Assembly: GCA_964501815.1 (NCBI GenBank) | Contig: CAZCUR010000003.1 | Span: 11,380 to 75,379 of the forward strand | Length of the DNA stretch: 64,000 nucleotides | Direction: 5' to 3' | Source: an uncultured Geothermobacter sp. | Lineage (GTDB): Bacteria > Desulfobacterota > Desulfuromonadia > Desulfuromonadales > Geothermobacteraceae | In this document: piece by piece, positions 18,113-28,902 of the stretch | Layout of the letters: each line of letters starts with the position of its first letter | How positions within the stretch are numbered: position 1 is the first letter of the stretch | Notes under the pieces: model-generated | The model's database searches: none | Told to the model about the DNA's origin: nothing | Seen by the model: the letters and a program-made list of their open reading frames with translations, nothing else | Position numbers and translations under genes: made by a program

Positions 18113-18675
18113 CAGCCCTCGGCCAGCAGCACCGCCTCGGCGACCTCGCGCAGGCTCTTGCGCCGGTCCATGGCCAGCTTCTGCAGCTTGCGGTAGGCCT
18201 CCGCCTCGCTCAGTCCACGGCCCATGAGCACCCCCTTGGCCCGGTCGACCAGCTTGCGCGTCTCCAGGGCCTGCTTCAGACGCTCGTTCTCCTCGCGCAG
18301 CTGATGCAGCTCCATGAACTGGTGCATGGCCAGCTCCAGCGTCACCCGCAGCTGGTCGGGGTCGAAGGGTTTGAGCAGGTAATGGCTGATTCCGGCTTCG
18401 CGCGCCCGGGCAATGGTGTCGGCATCGCGGGTTGCGGTCAGCAGAACGATGGGGAGGGGGCGTTCCCTGATTAATTTTTCAGCAACACTGACGCCGTCCA
18501 TGCCGGGCATGGAGACGTCCAGAATGGCGGCCAGCGGTTTTTCCGCCAGGCCGAGGGCCAGGGCCTGGGTGCCGCTTTCCCCTTCCAGAATGCTGTCAAA
18601 ACCGTAGCTTGCAACCGCTTCACGCACCTGGCGCCGAATCAGCGGCTCGTCATCCGCGATCAGACAAGATGTCAT
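18112..18675 (-). CDS. Response regulator with ANTAR RNA-binding domain (GnfR-like)
   Basis: Receiver IADDE...LDVSMPGMDG...YLLKPF plus ANTAR LETRKLVDRAKGVLM-GLSEAEAYRKLQKLAMDRRKSLREVAEAV. Confidence 0.92.
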   Translation of the reverse strand: MTSCLIADDEPLIRRQVREAVASYGFDSILEGESGTQALALGLAEKPLAAILDVSMPGMDGVSVAEKLIRERPLPIVLLTATRDADTIARAREAGISHYLLKPFDPDQLRVTLELAMHQFMELHQLREENERLKQALETRKLVDRAKGVLMGRGLSEAEAYRKLQKLAMDRRKSLREVAEAVLLAEG

Positions 18676-18713
18676 CCTGCACCTCCGAATCTTTGAAATC
18701 CGATTCGAAACAG

Positions 18714-18730
18714 TGCAGAAGGGATGCCAG
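18714..18730 (-). promoter_or_regulatory. Sigma-54 promoter of the ANTAR regulator-kinase pair
   Basis: CTGGCATCCCTTCTGCA: GG-N10-GC, about 40 bp upstream of the ATG. Confidence 0.75.
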
Positions 18731-18738
18731 CCAGACAG

Positions 18739-19626
18739 CTAGAGTATGCGCTGGCCGAAGGCGGAGGCGGCCAGGGAGACCGCCAGGCGAGCGGTGCGGT
18801 TACGCTCATCAAGGATGGGGTTGATTTCGACGATGTCGAGGGCGGCGAGCTTGCCGGTATCGGCGAGCATCTCCATCACCAGCTGGGCTTCGCGGTAGCT
18901 CAGTCCCCCCGGCACCGGCGTGCCGACCCCGGGGGCTTCGCGCGGATCGATGGCATCGACATCGAGACTGACATGGATGCGGTCGTGCCCGGCGAGATGC
19001 TCCAGGGCCTCGGACATGACCGTTCCCATGCCGCGCTCGTCGATATCCCGCATGGTCAGCACCCGGATACCGCTGGTGCGCAGGCGCTCCTTTTCGGCCG
19101 GGTCAAGATCGCGGATGCCGAGCAGAACAACATTTTCAGGATCGATGCGGCGGCTGCCGATGCCGGTCATCTCCGGCGGACCGTCCCCCATCAGGGCCGC
19201 CAGCGGCATGCCGTGGACGTTGCCCGAGGGCGAAGTCTGGGGCGTATTGAAATCGCCGTGGGCGTCGATCCAGAGCAAGCCGGCCGGCCGGTGTTCGATG
19301 GTGGCGGCCACCGTGCCGGCGGCGATGGAATGGTCGCCGCCCAGCGCCACGGGGACGGCGCCGTCGGCGTGGGCCTGCAGGCAGGCCCGGTACAGAGCGT
19401 TGCAGACCTGCGCGATCGCCGTCAGGTAGCAGCGGGGGTCGGCCGGGTCGAGGCTGTCGCGCACCGGAGCCGGCAGGTTGCCGGCGTCGACCACCTGGTG
19501 TCCGAGCCGGCGCAGGGCGCCGGACAGCCCGGCATAGCGCAGTGCGCCGGGACCGAGATCGACACCGCGCTGGTCCTGTCCCAGGTCCATCGGCACCCCG
19601 ATAATCTGCACCTTGCGTTGCGGCAT
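18739..19626 (-). CDS. rocF: Arginase
   Basis: IIGVPMDLG...[20 protein letters not shown]...SGNVHGMP and SLDVDAIDP (Mn ligands). Confidence 0.9.
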   Translation of the reverse strand: MPQRKVQIIGVPMDLGQDQRGVDLGPGALRYAGLSGALRRLGHQVVDAGNLPAPVRDSLDPADPRCYLTAIAQVCNALYRACLQAHADGAVPVALGGDHSIAAGTVAATIEHRPAGLLWIDAHGDFNTPQTSPSGNVHGMPLAALMGDGPPEMTGIGSRRIDPENVVLLGIRDLDPAEKERLRTSGIRVLTMRDIDERGMGTVMSEALEHLAGHDRIHVSLDVDAIDPREAPGVGTPVPGGLSYREAQLVMEMLADTGKLAALDIVEINPILDERNRTARLAVSLAASAFGQRIL

Positions 19627-19630
19627 GAGG

Positions 19631-20725
19631 TCAGTCCTTGAGATTGTTCCAGAGATTGACCATGAAATCCTGCACGTTGGTCAGGATCGCCTGGGCCTGG
19701 GCCGAGCCGCGGTTGGCCAGCTTGTCGGCGGAAAATTCGGCCATATCGACGATATAGAAGAAGACCGGACGGACACGGCCGTCCTCTTCCACCCGGTAAC
19801 TGGGGACCATGTTGCCGAAGGCGATGGAGTGCAGCTGGGTCGCCAGCGCCATGACCACCGTCGCCTTGCGCGCGTGTACCCGCATGGCGTCCTGGGCCTC
19901 ATAAACGTTGGCGATAACTTCCGGCAACGGCCCGTCGTCGCGGATGGAACCGGCCAGAACGTAAGGGACTTTCTGCTTCTCGCAGGCGTAGATGATGCCG
20001 TCCTGTATCTTCAGTTCCTCGATGGCGGCGGCGATGGAGCCGGCCCGGCGCACCTCGTTGAGGACGTCGAGATGGTTGTAGTGCCCCAGCGGCTGCAGCT
20101 CCTGGCTGTAGATGTTCTGTCCCAGGCCGGTGCGAAAATAGCCCGCTTCGAGATCATGAGTCGCCAGAGCGTTGCCGGCCAGCAGGGCGTGGCAGTAGCC
20201 GTTCTCGATCAGCCCCTGCATCGCCGCGCGGCTGTCCTGGTCGAAGGCGACCGCCGGGCCGAGAACCCAGACGATGTAGCCATGGTCCCGGTCGTGGCGC
20301 AGCACCTGGTAGAGTTCGTCGTAGCTGCGCGAAAAGGGGGTTTCGCGCGTGCCCCGGGTGCGGAAGGCGAACTTGTCGCTGGCGGCCTGCTCGGCGGAGA
20401 TAAATCCCTCGGTGTGGACATAGATGCCTTCCTCGCCGTTCTCCGTGCGTCCGACCACCACCTGCTGGCCCTTTTTCACCCGGCGCGCCTCGACCACCTC
20501 CAGGCGATCGCCGTCCAGCACCAGCACCGAATCCATGCGGCTTTCCGGCGCCAGAACCCAGCGGCCGCCGCCCAGATGGACATACTCGGGGTAGTTGGAG
20601 GTGCCGTGAAAGTTGCGCGGCACCACGCCGTCGGCCGGCGCCGGTTCGGTGCTGACCACCGGGGCGTTGGCCAGTTCGGGTCTGGAAAAATCAGGGTGAC
20701 GGTAAGGCGGGATCAGTTCGGACAT
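19631..20725 (-). CDS. ArgZ/AgrE C-terminal-type (TIGR00300-like) ornithine cyclodeaminase
   Basis: [33 protein letters not shown] and [14 protein letters not shown], motifs I recognise from the TIGR00300/AgrE OCD region. Lies 4 bp upstream of arginase. Confidence 0.75.
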   Translation of the reverse strand: MSELIPPYRHPDFSRPELANAPVVSTEPAPADGVVPRNFHGTSNYPEYVHLGGGRWVLAPESRMDSVLVLDGDRLEVVEARRVKKGQQVVVGRTENGEEGIYVHTEGFISAEQAASDKFAFRTRGTRETPFSRSYDELYQVLRHDRDHGYIVWVLGPAVAFDQDSRAAMQGLIENGYCHALLAGNALATHDLEAGYFRTGLGQNIYSQELQPLGHYNHLDVLNEVRRAGSIAAAIEELKIQDGIIYACEKQKVPYVLAGSIRDDGPLPEVIANVYEAQDAMRVHARKATVVMALATQLHSIAFGNMVPSYRVEEDGRVRPVFFYIVDMAEFSADKLANRGSAQAQAILTNVQDFMVNLWNNLKD

Positions 20726-20843
20726 ACGGCCTCCAAAAACGGGTGTTTGGCCAGACTATATCAAATTTTTCCGCTACCGTCCCGGCCTTTTGCGCCTCTT
20801 GGGGTCGGCGCCGATCCGGTCTATAATGCCTTCCATGATATCC

Positions 20844-22136
20844 ATGAAGAAAACCGATTACGACAGCCTGCTCGCCTTCGACCGCGAGCATATCTGGCAT
20901 CCCTATGCCGCCATGAACAGCGACCTGCCGGTCTATCCGGTGGTCTCGGCATCCGGGGTGCGTCTGAAGCTCGCCGACGGCCGTGAACTGATCGACGGCA
21001 TGGCCAGCTGGTGGTCGGCCATCCACGGCTACAACGTGCCGGAACTCAACGCCGCCGCCACCCGGCAGCTGGAGCACATGGCGCACGTGATGTTCGGCGG
21101 CCTGACCCACCCGCCGGCGGTCGAGCTGGCGCGTCTGCTCATCGAGCTGACCCCCAAACCACTGCAGCATGTCTTTTTCGCCGACTCCGGTTCAGTCTCG
21201 GTTGAGGTCGCCATCAAGATGGCGCTGCAGTACTGGTACAGCCGCGGCCGGCCGGAAAAGCACCGGCTGCTGACCATCCGCAACGGCTACCACGGCGACA
21301 CCTTCGGCGCCATGGCGGTCTGCGACCCCGACACCGGCATGCACTCCATCTGGAAGGGGATTCTGCCGCGGCATCTGTTCGCGCCGGCGCCCCAAAGCCG
21401 CACCGACGCCGACTGGCATGACGAGGATATCCGTGAACTCGAAGCGCTGGCGGCAAAGCACAGCAGCGAACTGGCCGCCGTCATTCTGGAGCCGGTGGTT
21501 CAGGGAGCCGGCGGCATGCGTTTCTATGCTCCGGAATACCTGCGTCGGGTGCGGGCCATCTGCGACCGTTATGGGCTTTTGCTCATCGCCGATGAAATCG
21601 CCACCGGCTTCGGCCGCACCGGCCGGATGTTCGCCTGCGAGCATGCCGGTATCAGTCCCGACATTCTCTGTGTCGGCAAGGCCCTGACCGGCGGCTACCT
21701 GACTCTTGCGGCCACCCTGGCCACCACCGAGGTGGCCGAGACAATCTCCCGGGGCGAGCCGGGTGTTTTCATGCACGGCCCGACCTTCATGGGCAATCCG
21801 CTTGCCTGCAGCATCGCCGCCGCCAGCATCCGCCTGCTGCTGTCCAGTCCATGGCAGGAGCGCATCCAGACTCTGGGACAGGGGCTGAAACGGGGCCTGG
21901 CCCCCTGCCGGGAGCTGCCCGGCGTTCGGGATGTGCGTGTTCTTGGCGGCATCGGCGTGGTGGAGCTGAAACAGCCGGTTCCGATGCGCACCATCGTGCC
22001 GCAATTCGTCAAGGAAGGGGTCTGGGTGCGCCCCTTTGGCCGCCTGGTCTATCTGATGCCCCCCTATGTCATCAGCGGCGAAGATTTGGCCCATCTGACC
22101 CAGGCCGTCTTTCGGACCCTGGCTGAACAGGGATGA
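20844..22136 (+). CDS. bioA: Adenosylmethionine-8-amino-7-oxononanoate transaminase
   Basis: [51 protein letters not shown] and [11 protein letters not shown]. Confidence 0.95.
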   Translation: MKKTDYDSLLAFDREHIWHPYAAMNSDLPVYPVVSASGVRLKLADGRELIDGMASWWSAIHGYNVPELNAAATRQLEHMAHVMFGGLTHPPAVELARLLIELTPKPLQHVFFADSGSVSVEVAIKMALQYWYSRGRPEKHRLLTIRNGYHGDTFGAMAVCDPDTGMHSIWKGILPRHLFAPAPQSRTDADWHDEDIRELEALAAKHSSELAAVILEPVVQGAGGMRFYAPEYLRRVRAICDRYGLLLIADEIATGFGRTGRMFACEHAGISPDILCVGKALTGGYLTLAATLATTEVAETISRGEPGVFMHGPTFMGNPLACSIAAASIRLLLSSPWQERIQTLGQGLKRGLAPCRELPGVRDVRVLGGIGVVELKQPVPMRTIVPQFVKEGVWVRPFGRLVYLMPPYVISGEDLAHLTQAVFRTLAEQG

Positions 22137-22237
22137 AGCCTGGCGAGCACCGCCCCTTCTGCTATGCTTGAATCAACTGCAACGACCACCTCCCGGACGG
22201 GTTGACCTTCCGCCGGGACTGGAAATTCCGGTCCACT

Positions 22238-23968
22238 ATGCCCTTCCTGCACCTGTTTACCGCTCTGGCGGTCATTTTGCTCGCCGCCCTGGTCGGCGGC
22301 CGCATCGCGGCGCGTTTGCGCCTGCCGCGGGTCACCGGCTATCTTCTGGCCGGCCTGCTGATCGGTCCGTCCCTGGCCCACATCACCGGCTGGCCCGAAC
22401 TGGTACCGGCCGATGCCCTGAAGGAACTGCAGGTGGTCGGCACCCTGGCCCTGGCGGTCATCATGGTCAACATCGGCGGCCAGTTCCGTACCGACCAGCT
22501 GCGGCGCTACCGGCGCCGCATCGTCGTCTTCTCCCTGAGTGAAAACCTGGCCACCTTCGTCTGCGTTGCTTTCGGCACCCTGGGGGGCAATCTGGCATTT
22601 CTGCGCCTTGAGGTCGCCAATCTCGGCCTTTTCGGCACCTCCCTGGCGCTGGCGCTGCTGCTCGGCCTGATCGCCATGGCGACAGCCCCGGCCGCAACCC
22701 TGATGGTGGTGCGTGAATACGAGGCGAGCGGTCCGGTCACCAACACCCTTTTGACCCTGATCGGACTGAACAATCTCGCCTCGGTCATCCTGTTTCTGAT
22801 CGCCGAACACCTGATCGTGCACGGCGTTCACGACCTTCTGATCCTGGCACGGCTCCTGTTCGCCCCCATCCTGATCGGTGCCGTGCTGGGGTTCGTGGTC
22901 TCGGTCTGGACCCAGAAGCTGGAACAGGTGACCGAATACAAGATTCTGCTGCTGGGCGGTGTCGCCACCTGCGTCGCCGCCTGCAGCGCCCTTGATGTCG
23001 ACAGCCTGCTGGCCAGCCTGGTCCTTGGTATGGTCCTGGCCAACAGCTCGCCGCGCTGGCACCGGCTGGTCGAAGCCCTGCGCCAGATCGACTATCCGCT
23101 CTACGTCATCTTTTTCGTGCTTGCCGGCGCCAACCTTCACCTCGACACCCTGGTTCAAATCGGCCTTCTGGGCCTCGTCTACGTCCTGATGCGGATTGCC
23201 GGCAAACTGGCAGGCGCCTGGCTCGGCGCCCGGCTGGGAGAGTTCGGGCCGGCGCACAGACGCTGGATGGGCATGACCCTGATGGCCCAGGCCGGCGTCG
23301 CCATCGGCCTGTCTGAAGGGCTGGCCGCCGCCTGGCCGGAAGGGGGTCACCTGGTCCAGACGGTGGTCCTGGGGGCCGTGGTCCTGTTCGAAATCGGCGG
23401 GCCGCTGGCGGTGCGCCACGGTCTGGTACACAGTGGTGAGGTCCCCCTGCTCTCTCTTTTGAGCAAGCAGGCGCCCCAGGGGGCCCTGGAAGGTCTCCAC
23501 TCCGTCGTCCATCACTTCCGCGCCGCCCTCGGCCTGCCGGCCGGTCACAAGGTCGACCATCCCGGCGACATCCTGGTCCGTCACATCATGCGCCGCAATG
23601 TCGAAACCATTCGCAACGATACCGGCTATCACGAACTGCTGCGTCTGGTGGCCCACAGCAGCTACGACCGCTTTCCGGTGGTCGACCGGGAAGATCGGTT
23701 CATCGGCATGGTCGACTATACCGAAATCCGCAGCCTGCTGTTTGAACCCGACCTGGCCAGTCTGGTGGTTGCCAGCGACCTGGTCTCTCCGACGGCACTG
23801 ACCGTCACCCCGGACCTGTCCCTGAAAGACGTTCTCGACCTCTTTCACCAGCATCGGGATGTCAGCTATGTACCGGTGGTTGCCCAAGAGGACCCACAGC
23901 GCCTGCTCGGCATTTTGAGCCAGAACGATGTCCTGGCCGCGTTCCGCCGGCTTGCCGAGGACGCCTGA
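22238..23968 (+). CDS. Cation:proton antiporter (CPA2-like) with C-terminal CBS pair
   Basis: Multi-TM region with LPRVTGYLLAG, ATAPAAT and FFVLAG. CBS domains VRHIMRR...FPVVDRED and VPVV...LLGILSQNDV. Confidence 0.85.
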   Translation: MPFLHLFTALAVILLAALVGGRIAARLRLPRVTGYLLAGLLIGPSLAHITGWPELVPADALKELQVVGTLALAVIMVNIGGQFRTDQLRRYRRRIVVFSLSENLATFVCVAFGTLGGNLAFLRLEVANLGLFGTSLALALLLGLIAMATAPAATLMVVREYEASGPVTNTLLTLIGLNNLASVILFLIAEHLIVHGVHDLLILARLLFAPILIGAVLGFVVSVWTQKLEQVTEYKILLLGGVATCVAACSALDVDSLLASLVLGMVLANSSPRWHRLVEALRQIDYPLYVIFFVLAGANLHLDTLVQIGLLGLVYVLMRIAGKLAGAWLGARLGEFGPAHRRWMGMTLMAQAGVAIGLSEGLAAAWPEGGHLVQTVVLGAVVLFEIGGPLAVRHGLVHSGEVPLLSLLSKQAPQGALEGLHSVVHHFRAALGLPAGHKVDHPGDILVRHIMRRNVETIRNDTGYHELLRLVAHSSYDRFPVVDREDRFIGMVDYTEIRSLLFEPDLASLVVASDLVSPTALTVTPDLSLKDVLDLFHQHRDVSYVPVVAQEDPQRLLGILSQNDVLAAFRRLAEDA

Positions 23969-23991
23969 CACACCTGCGGTTTCGCCACCAA

Positions 23992-24026
23992 AAAAGGGGC
24001 GGCCCTCTGGCAGGGCTGCCCCTTTT
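23992..24026. terminator. Bidirectional intrinsic terminator
   Basis: aaaaggggcggccct-ctggc-agggctgcccctttt between convergent genes. Confidence 0.85.
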
Positions 24027-24053
24027 CCGCGTCGAACTTCAGGTGCAAAAGCG

Positions 24054-24851
24054 CTACTTCTTCATCAGCTCCTTTGCCTTGGCCGCCTCCGGTGATTTCG
24101 GAAAACGCTCGATCAGCTTGCCCCAGATGGCCTTTGCGTTCCCGGCATCCCCCAGCGCCCTGAAGGCCAGGCCCTGCTTGAGCAAAGCCGAGGCCACCTT
24201 GGGATGGTCGCCGAATTTTTCAATGACATCCTGAAACTGCAGAATGGCATTTTCATACTTCTTCTCGCCATACCAGGCCTCGCCGATCCAGTAGGTGGCG
24301 TTCACCGCCAGGGCGTGGTCGGGCCAGCGCTTGAGAAAATCGGTCATCACCGCCCTGCCGCCGGCAAAGTCGGTACCGGCCCGGATCAGGTCGAGCCCCT
24401 TCTGGTAGACCGATTCCGGGGTCTGCGCTTCGGGAGGGGCCTGCGCGGCAGCAGGCACCTCGGATTTGCGGGCTTCAAGAGCGGCCAGACGTTCTTCCAG
24501 GGCCTTGACCTTGAAGCGCAGCTCTTCCTGGAGGGCATTGATCTGCTGCTCAAGTTTTCTGCGGTCGGCAGCCTGTTCCTCCACCTGGCCCTGCAGGGTC
24601 AGAACCTGCTGGCGAAACGCGTCAAAATCGGCGCGCATGTCCGCCTGACTGCGGGCAAGAGCCTGCATCTGGTCGCCACCGCCGCCGGAAACCTCCTTGC
24701 GCAGCGCGACCACGGCCCGCTCGCTTTCTGCCAGCCGACGCTTCATCTCGTTCAGATCACTGCGTATCTTGTCCACCTGCCGGCTGTCGACACAACCACC
24801 AATGACCAGAAGGGCGGCAAAGAGCAAAATCAGTGTTCGCATTCGGTTCAT
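24054..24851 (-). CDS. cpoB: Tol-Pal cell division coordinator CpoB (YbgF)
   Basis: Lipoprotein-like signal, coiled coil, and TPR with NATYWIGEAWY and ALLKQG. Downstream of pal. Confidence 0.9.
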   Translation of the reverse strand: MNRMRTLILLFAALLVIGGCVDSRQVDKIRSDLNEMKRRLAESERAVVALRKEVSGGGGDQMQALARSQADMRADFDAFRQQVLTLQGQVEEQAADRRKLEQQINALQEELRFKVKALEERLAALEARKSEVPAAAQAPPEAQTPESVYQKGLDLIRAGTDFAGGRAVMTDFLKRWPDHALAVNATYWIGEAWYGEKKYENAILQFQDVIEKFGDHPKVASALLKQGLAFRALGDAGNAKAIWGKLIERFPKSPEAAKAKELMKK

Positions 24852-24866
24852 GGCCTCACCTCAAGC

Positions 24867-24892
24867 AAAAAGGGCCGCGCATGGCGCGGCCC
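24867..24892 (-). terminator. Terminator-like hairpin after pal
   Basis: gggccgcgc-cat-gcgcggccc followed by T5 on the minus strand. Confidence 0.7.
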
Positions 24893-24916
24893 CGGTCGGA
24901 CGTGAACTGCTTTGGT

Positions 24917-25474
24917 TTACCGGACCGCCTTGAATTCGGCCCGGCGGTTTTTGGCCCAGGCCTCCTCGTTGTGGCCCGGATCGAGGGGCATCTCCTCACC
25001 GTAGCTGATGATGCTCAGCCGGTCGGCGGGGACCCCGAGCGAGACCAGATAGTCACGGGCGGCCACGGCGCGGCGCTCACCCAGGGCGAGGTTGTATTCA
25101 TCGGAACCACGCTCGTCGCAATGTCCTTCGATGCGCACCTTCAGGTCAGGGTTGGCCTTGAGCAGCGCAGCATTGGCGGCGAGAATGTCGCGTGCTTCGG
25201 GGGACAGGGTGAACTGGTCAAAATCGAAATGAATCCGCTGCAGCTGGCGGGCAACGGCCTCCAGGTCTGCCGGCACCTGGTCCTGAACCGCACTCTCGGT
25301 CACCTGCTGGCCGGCAACCCCGCTCGGCTGTTCACTGGCGACCTGGGTTTCCTGAACCGGCTGCTGGACGGCGGTTTCCGTCTCTGTCACTGCCGGCTTT
25401 TTGGCGCAACCAACCACCAACAGGGAACACAGCGCGACCATGGCAATCCACTGCAAAACGACAATTTTCCTCAT
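24917..25474 (-). CDS. pal: Peptidoglycan-associated lipoprotein
   Basis: Lipobox LLVVGC and OmpA-C domain IHFDFD...EGHCDERGSDEYNLALGERRA...SYGEE...NRRAEF. Confidence 0.95.
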   Translation of the reverse strand: MRKIVVLQWIAMVALCSLLVVGCAKKPAVTETETAVQQPVQETQVASEQPSGVAGQQVTESAVQDQVPADLEAVARQLQRIHFDFDQFTLSPEARDILAANAALLKANPDLKVRIEGHCDERGSDEYNLALGERRAVAARDYLVSLGVPADRLSIISYGEEMPLDPGHNEEAWAKNRRAEFKAVR

Positions 25475-25594
25475 GGTGTTCCACTCCTTTCGAACGGCTA
25501 TCGTCAAAAGACTTTTTTGTTCCAATGAAACTAAAACAGCTCGATTATACAGAACGACTGTGAAAAGACAAGGAATTCCGCCCCGCAAGGCCCG

Positions 25595-26887
25595 TCAGTA
25601 GCGCGGCGACCAGGCCGGGTGGTTGCAGTTTCCGGCCTTCGGCGTGATATTCCAGCTGCCGGTGCCGTCGGCGCGCATGAGGAAGAGCTCCTTGCGGCCC
25701 GAGGCATCCGATGAATAGACAAGGTAGCGCCCATCCGGGCTCCAGCGCGGATGTTCCTTGTTCCCGGGGCCGAAGGTCAGGCGTCGTTCGTCGCTGCCGT
25801 CGGGACGAATGGTGTAGATATCGAACCGACCGTCCTGTTTGCGGGTAAAGGCGATACGGTCCCCCTTGGGCGACCAGGCCGGGGTGGCGTTGTACTTGCC
25901 TTCCAGGGTCAGCCTTCGCACGCTGCCATCGGCCTCGCGAATAAAGATATGGGGATTGCCGCGCCGGTTGGAGACAAAAGCGAGCCGGCGACCATCGGGT
26001 GCCCAGCTTGGGTCGATGTCGATACCCCAGTGCCGGGTCAGGCGCTGAAGAATTTTGCCTGAAGCCTCCAGCAGATAGATTTCCGGGTCACCATCCTTGG
26101 ACAGGGTCAGGGCGATGTGATCGTCCACCGGACTGAAACGCCCGCCGACATTGAGCCCTTTGCGGCTGGAGATGCGCCGCTCCCTGCCGGTATAGATCTC
26201 CTTGAGATAGAGGTTGGTGTTGCCGTCCCGGTAGCTGGTGAAAAGGACCTTGCGGCCGTCGGCGGAAAAGTCGGGGTTGAGCACAATGGAGCGATGGTTG
26301 GTGAGCCGCACGGGGTTGTGGCCGTCCACATCCATCACATATAGCTCTTTGCGGCCGGTGGCATCGCTGACAAAGGCGATGCGGGTCGAAAACGGTCCCG
26401 GCTCACCGGTCAGCACCTTGAGCACCTGATCGGCAAAGGTGTGGGCCATGCGCCTCACATCCCGAACTCGGCCGACATAGCGACGGCCGTCGAGCAGGCG
26501 CCGGGCACGGACATCAAACAGGCGCGCCTCGATAATCAGCTGCTCGCCAACCACCCGGTAGCCGCCCTTGATGAGCATTTCAGCGCCAAGCAGGCGCCAT
26601 TCGGCAAAATCGATGTCGATGGACAGAAGTCCGGGGCGGCCGGCGTCAGCGAGAAAGGCCCGGCGGTCGATCAGGCGGAACAGCCCGGAAAAGACCAGGT
26701 CGTTTTCCAGCACCTGGTTGAATTCGGCAATCAGCTCCGGTTGCCCCTGAGTCTCCAGGGAAAGAAAAGGGACCAGCGCCAGGGGTATTTCCTGTTGCCC
26801 CGGAGCACTGATTTCGATCTCGGCCCGGACCGGCAGGGCCCAGGCCAGAAGAACCAACAGAAGCCAAAACCGGCGGATTGCGTTCAC
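25595..26887 (-). CDS. tolB: Tol-Pal beta-propeller protein TolB
   Basis: Signal peptide, TolB N-domain, FSTRIAFV and repeated P.WSPDG blades. Confidence 0.92.
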   Translation of the reverse strand: MNAIRRFWLLLVLLAWALPVRAEIEISAPGQQEIPLALVPFLSLETQGQPELIAEFNQVLENDLVFSGLFRLIDRRAFLADAGRPGLLSIDIDFAEWRLLGAEMLIKGGYRVVGEQLIIEARLFDVRARRLLDGRRYVGRVRDVRRMAHTFADQVLKVLTGEPGPFSTRIAFVSDATGRKELYVMDVDGHNPVRLTNHRSIVLNPDFSADGRKVLFTSYRDGNTNLYLKEIYTGRERRISSRKGLNVGGRFSPVDDHIALTLSKDGDPEIYLLEASGKILQRLTRHWGIDIDPSWAPDGRRLAFVSNRRGNPHIFIREADGSVRRLTLEGKYNATPAWSPKGDRIAFTRKQDGRFDIYTIRPDGSDERRLTFGPGNKEHPRWSPDGRYLVYSSDASGRKELFLMRADGTGSWNITPKAGNCNHPAWSPRY

Positions 26888-27716
26888 TGTTGCAGTTCCT
26901 TCAGATTGAAGACAATGGTTTCGCGAATCTCGTGTCCGGGCGGCGGCTCGAGCCGGTCGACGCTGCGAATCGCCCGGGTCACCGAGCTGTCGAACAGCCG
27001 GTCGCCCGATTCCTTTGTCACCGTGTAATCGCGCAGATAGCCGCGGGCGTCGTAGACCACTTCAACCGTCGTTTCCAGGTCCAGCCCCCCGACCTGGTAG
27101 GGCGACAGGGCCCAGGCCTGCTTGTAGGCCTGCTGCAGCCAGAGCCGGTAGCCGACCCCCTGCTGGTCACCGGTCCCCTTTTCCTCGCCGAGCGGCGCGT
27201 CGCTCGCGGCGCTGCGTGTGTCCTTGGCGGCCAAAGCGGCCAGCTGCTGTTTAAGCGCCTCCCTCTCTTTGGCCCGTCTCAGTTTGTCGATGGCGCTCTC
27301 GACCTGGCGATAATCCTGCTTCGGCACGGCCTTCGGCTTCGGTTTGGCCGGTTTCGTCCTGATAACCGGGGCTTTGGGGGCCACTTTTTTGACCACCTTT
27401 TTGACCACCGGTTTGGGTTTCGGCCTGGGCTTGGGTTTCGGTTTGGCAGCAACTTTCTTGACCACTTTTTTCGCGGTCTTTTTCTTTTTCACCCGGCCGT
27501 CGGGCCGACCGGCCTGCGGTCGGGCCACCGGCAGGTTGACCAGGTCGACCATGTAGGCCGGGGGCGGCGGCGCGGACCGGTGCGGGACCAGATAGCCGCC
27601 GAACACCAGGCCGATCAGCAGATGCAGCACCAGGGAAGCGGCCAGCATGGTCCCCAGCCCGGGATCGCGGCCGGCCGCATCGGTGCGCCAACGCCGATTA
27701 TCCCTTCCTGCGGATT

Positions 27717-27720
<4 letters not shown>
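26884..27720 (-). CDS. tolA: TolA/TonB-family energy transducer
   Basis: TM helix ASLVLHLL, Lys/Pro-rich spacer and C-terminal SGDRLFDSSVTRAI. Lies between tolR and tolB. Start uncertain. Confidence 0.8.
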
Positions 27721-28145
<425 letters not shown>

Positions 28146-28149
28146 GGCC

Positions 28150-28815
28150 TTAACCGCGCCCTATGCGCTGGACGATGTTGAGAAATTCCTGGCTGAAGTT
28201 GTCCATCTCTCCGGTCAGGACATTCACCTTGCTGACAAAGTGGTTGTAGGCGACCACGGCCGGGATGGCCGCCACCAGGCCGATGGCGGTGGCGATCAGG
28301 GCCTCGGAAATGCCCGGCGCCACCACCGCCAGCGAGGCGCTGCCGGTTTTGCCGATGCCGTGGAAGGAATCCATGATGCCCCAGACAGTGCCGAACAGAC
28401 CGATGAACGGGGCTGTGGAACCGGTGGTCGCCAGAAAGGTGAGATAGCGCTCCAGACGCTGGGTTTCGCTGGTCATGGCCCGGCGCAGGGCGCGGGCGAC
28501 GTTGTCGGCCCGGCCGAGGTCGGCCACCGCCCCCCCGGTTTCCGTTGCCGGTCTCTGACTGCGGGCCAGCTCACGGTAGCCCTCACGAAACAGCACCGCC
28601 AGCGGCGAATGGGCGTACTCCTTCAGTCCATGGCCCACCGCCTCGAAGCTCTTTTTCGACCAGAAGAAATCGAGAAACCGCTCCGACTCGATGATGGCGC
28701 GCCGCACCACGCGAAACTTGAGCAGGATAATGGCCCAGGAGACGATGGAAAAATAGGCGAGTATCAGCAGGACCAGCTTGACGACCGGTCCGGCACCGAG
28801 AATCAGTTCCAGCAA
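28150..28815 (-). CDS. tolQ: TolQ
   Basis: FLATTGSTAPFIGLFGTVWGIM and VVAPGISEALIATAIGL. TTG start with aaggagg RBS. Confidence 0.93.
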   Translation of the reverse strand: MLELILGAGPVVKLVLLILAYFSIVSWAIILLKFRVVRRAIIESERFLDFFWSKKSFEAVGHGLKEYAHSPLAVLFREGYRELARSQRPATETGGAVADLGRADNVARALRRAMTSETQRLERYLTFLATTGSTAPFIGLFGTVWGIMDSFHGIGKTGSASLAVVAPGISEALIATAIGLVAAIPAVVAYNHFVSKVNVLTGEMDNFSQEFLNIVQRIGRG

Positions 28816-28902
28816 GGGGTCCTCCTTGAGATATCGGCGAGCTGTCTGCGGCCCGGACGACGCGCCGCAAAATCGGAATTATCAATCATGGCCCGGGGCA
28901 AG

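Noticed and set aside
27340-27500. KPKPKP/KKVVKK low-complexity repeats
   Set aside because: This is the normal TolA/TonB periplasmic spacer, not a repeat array.
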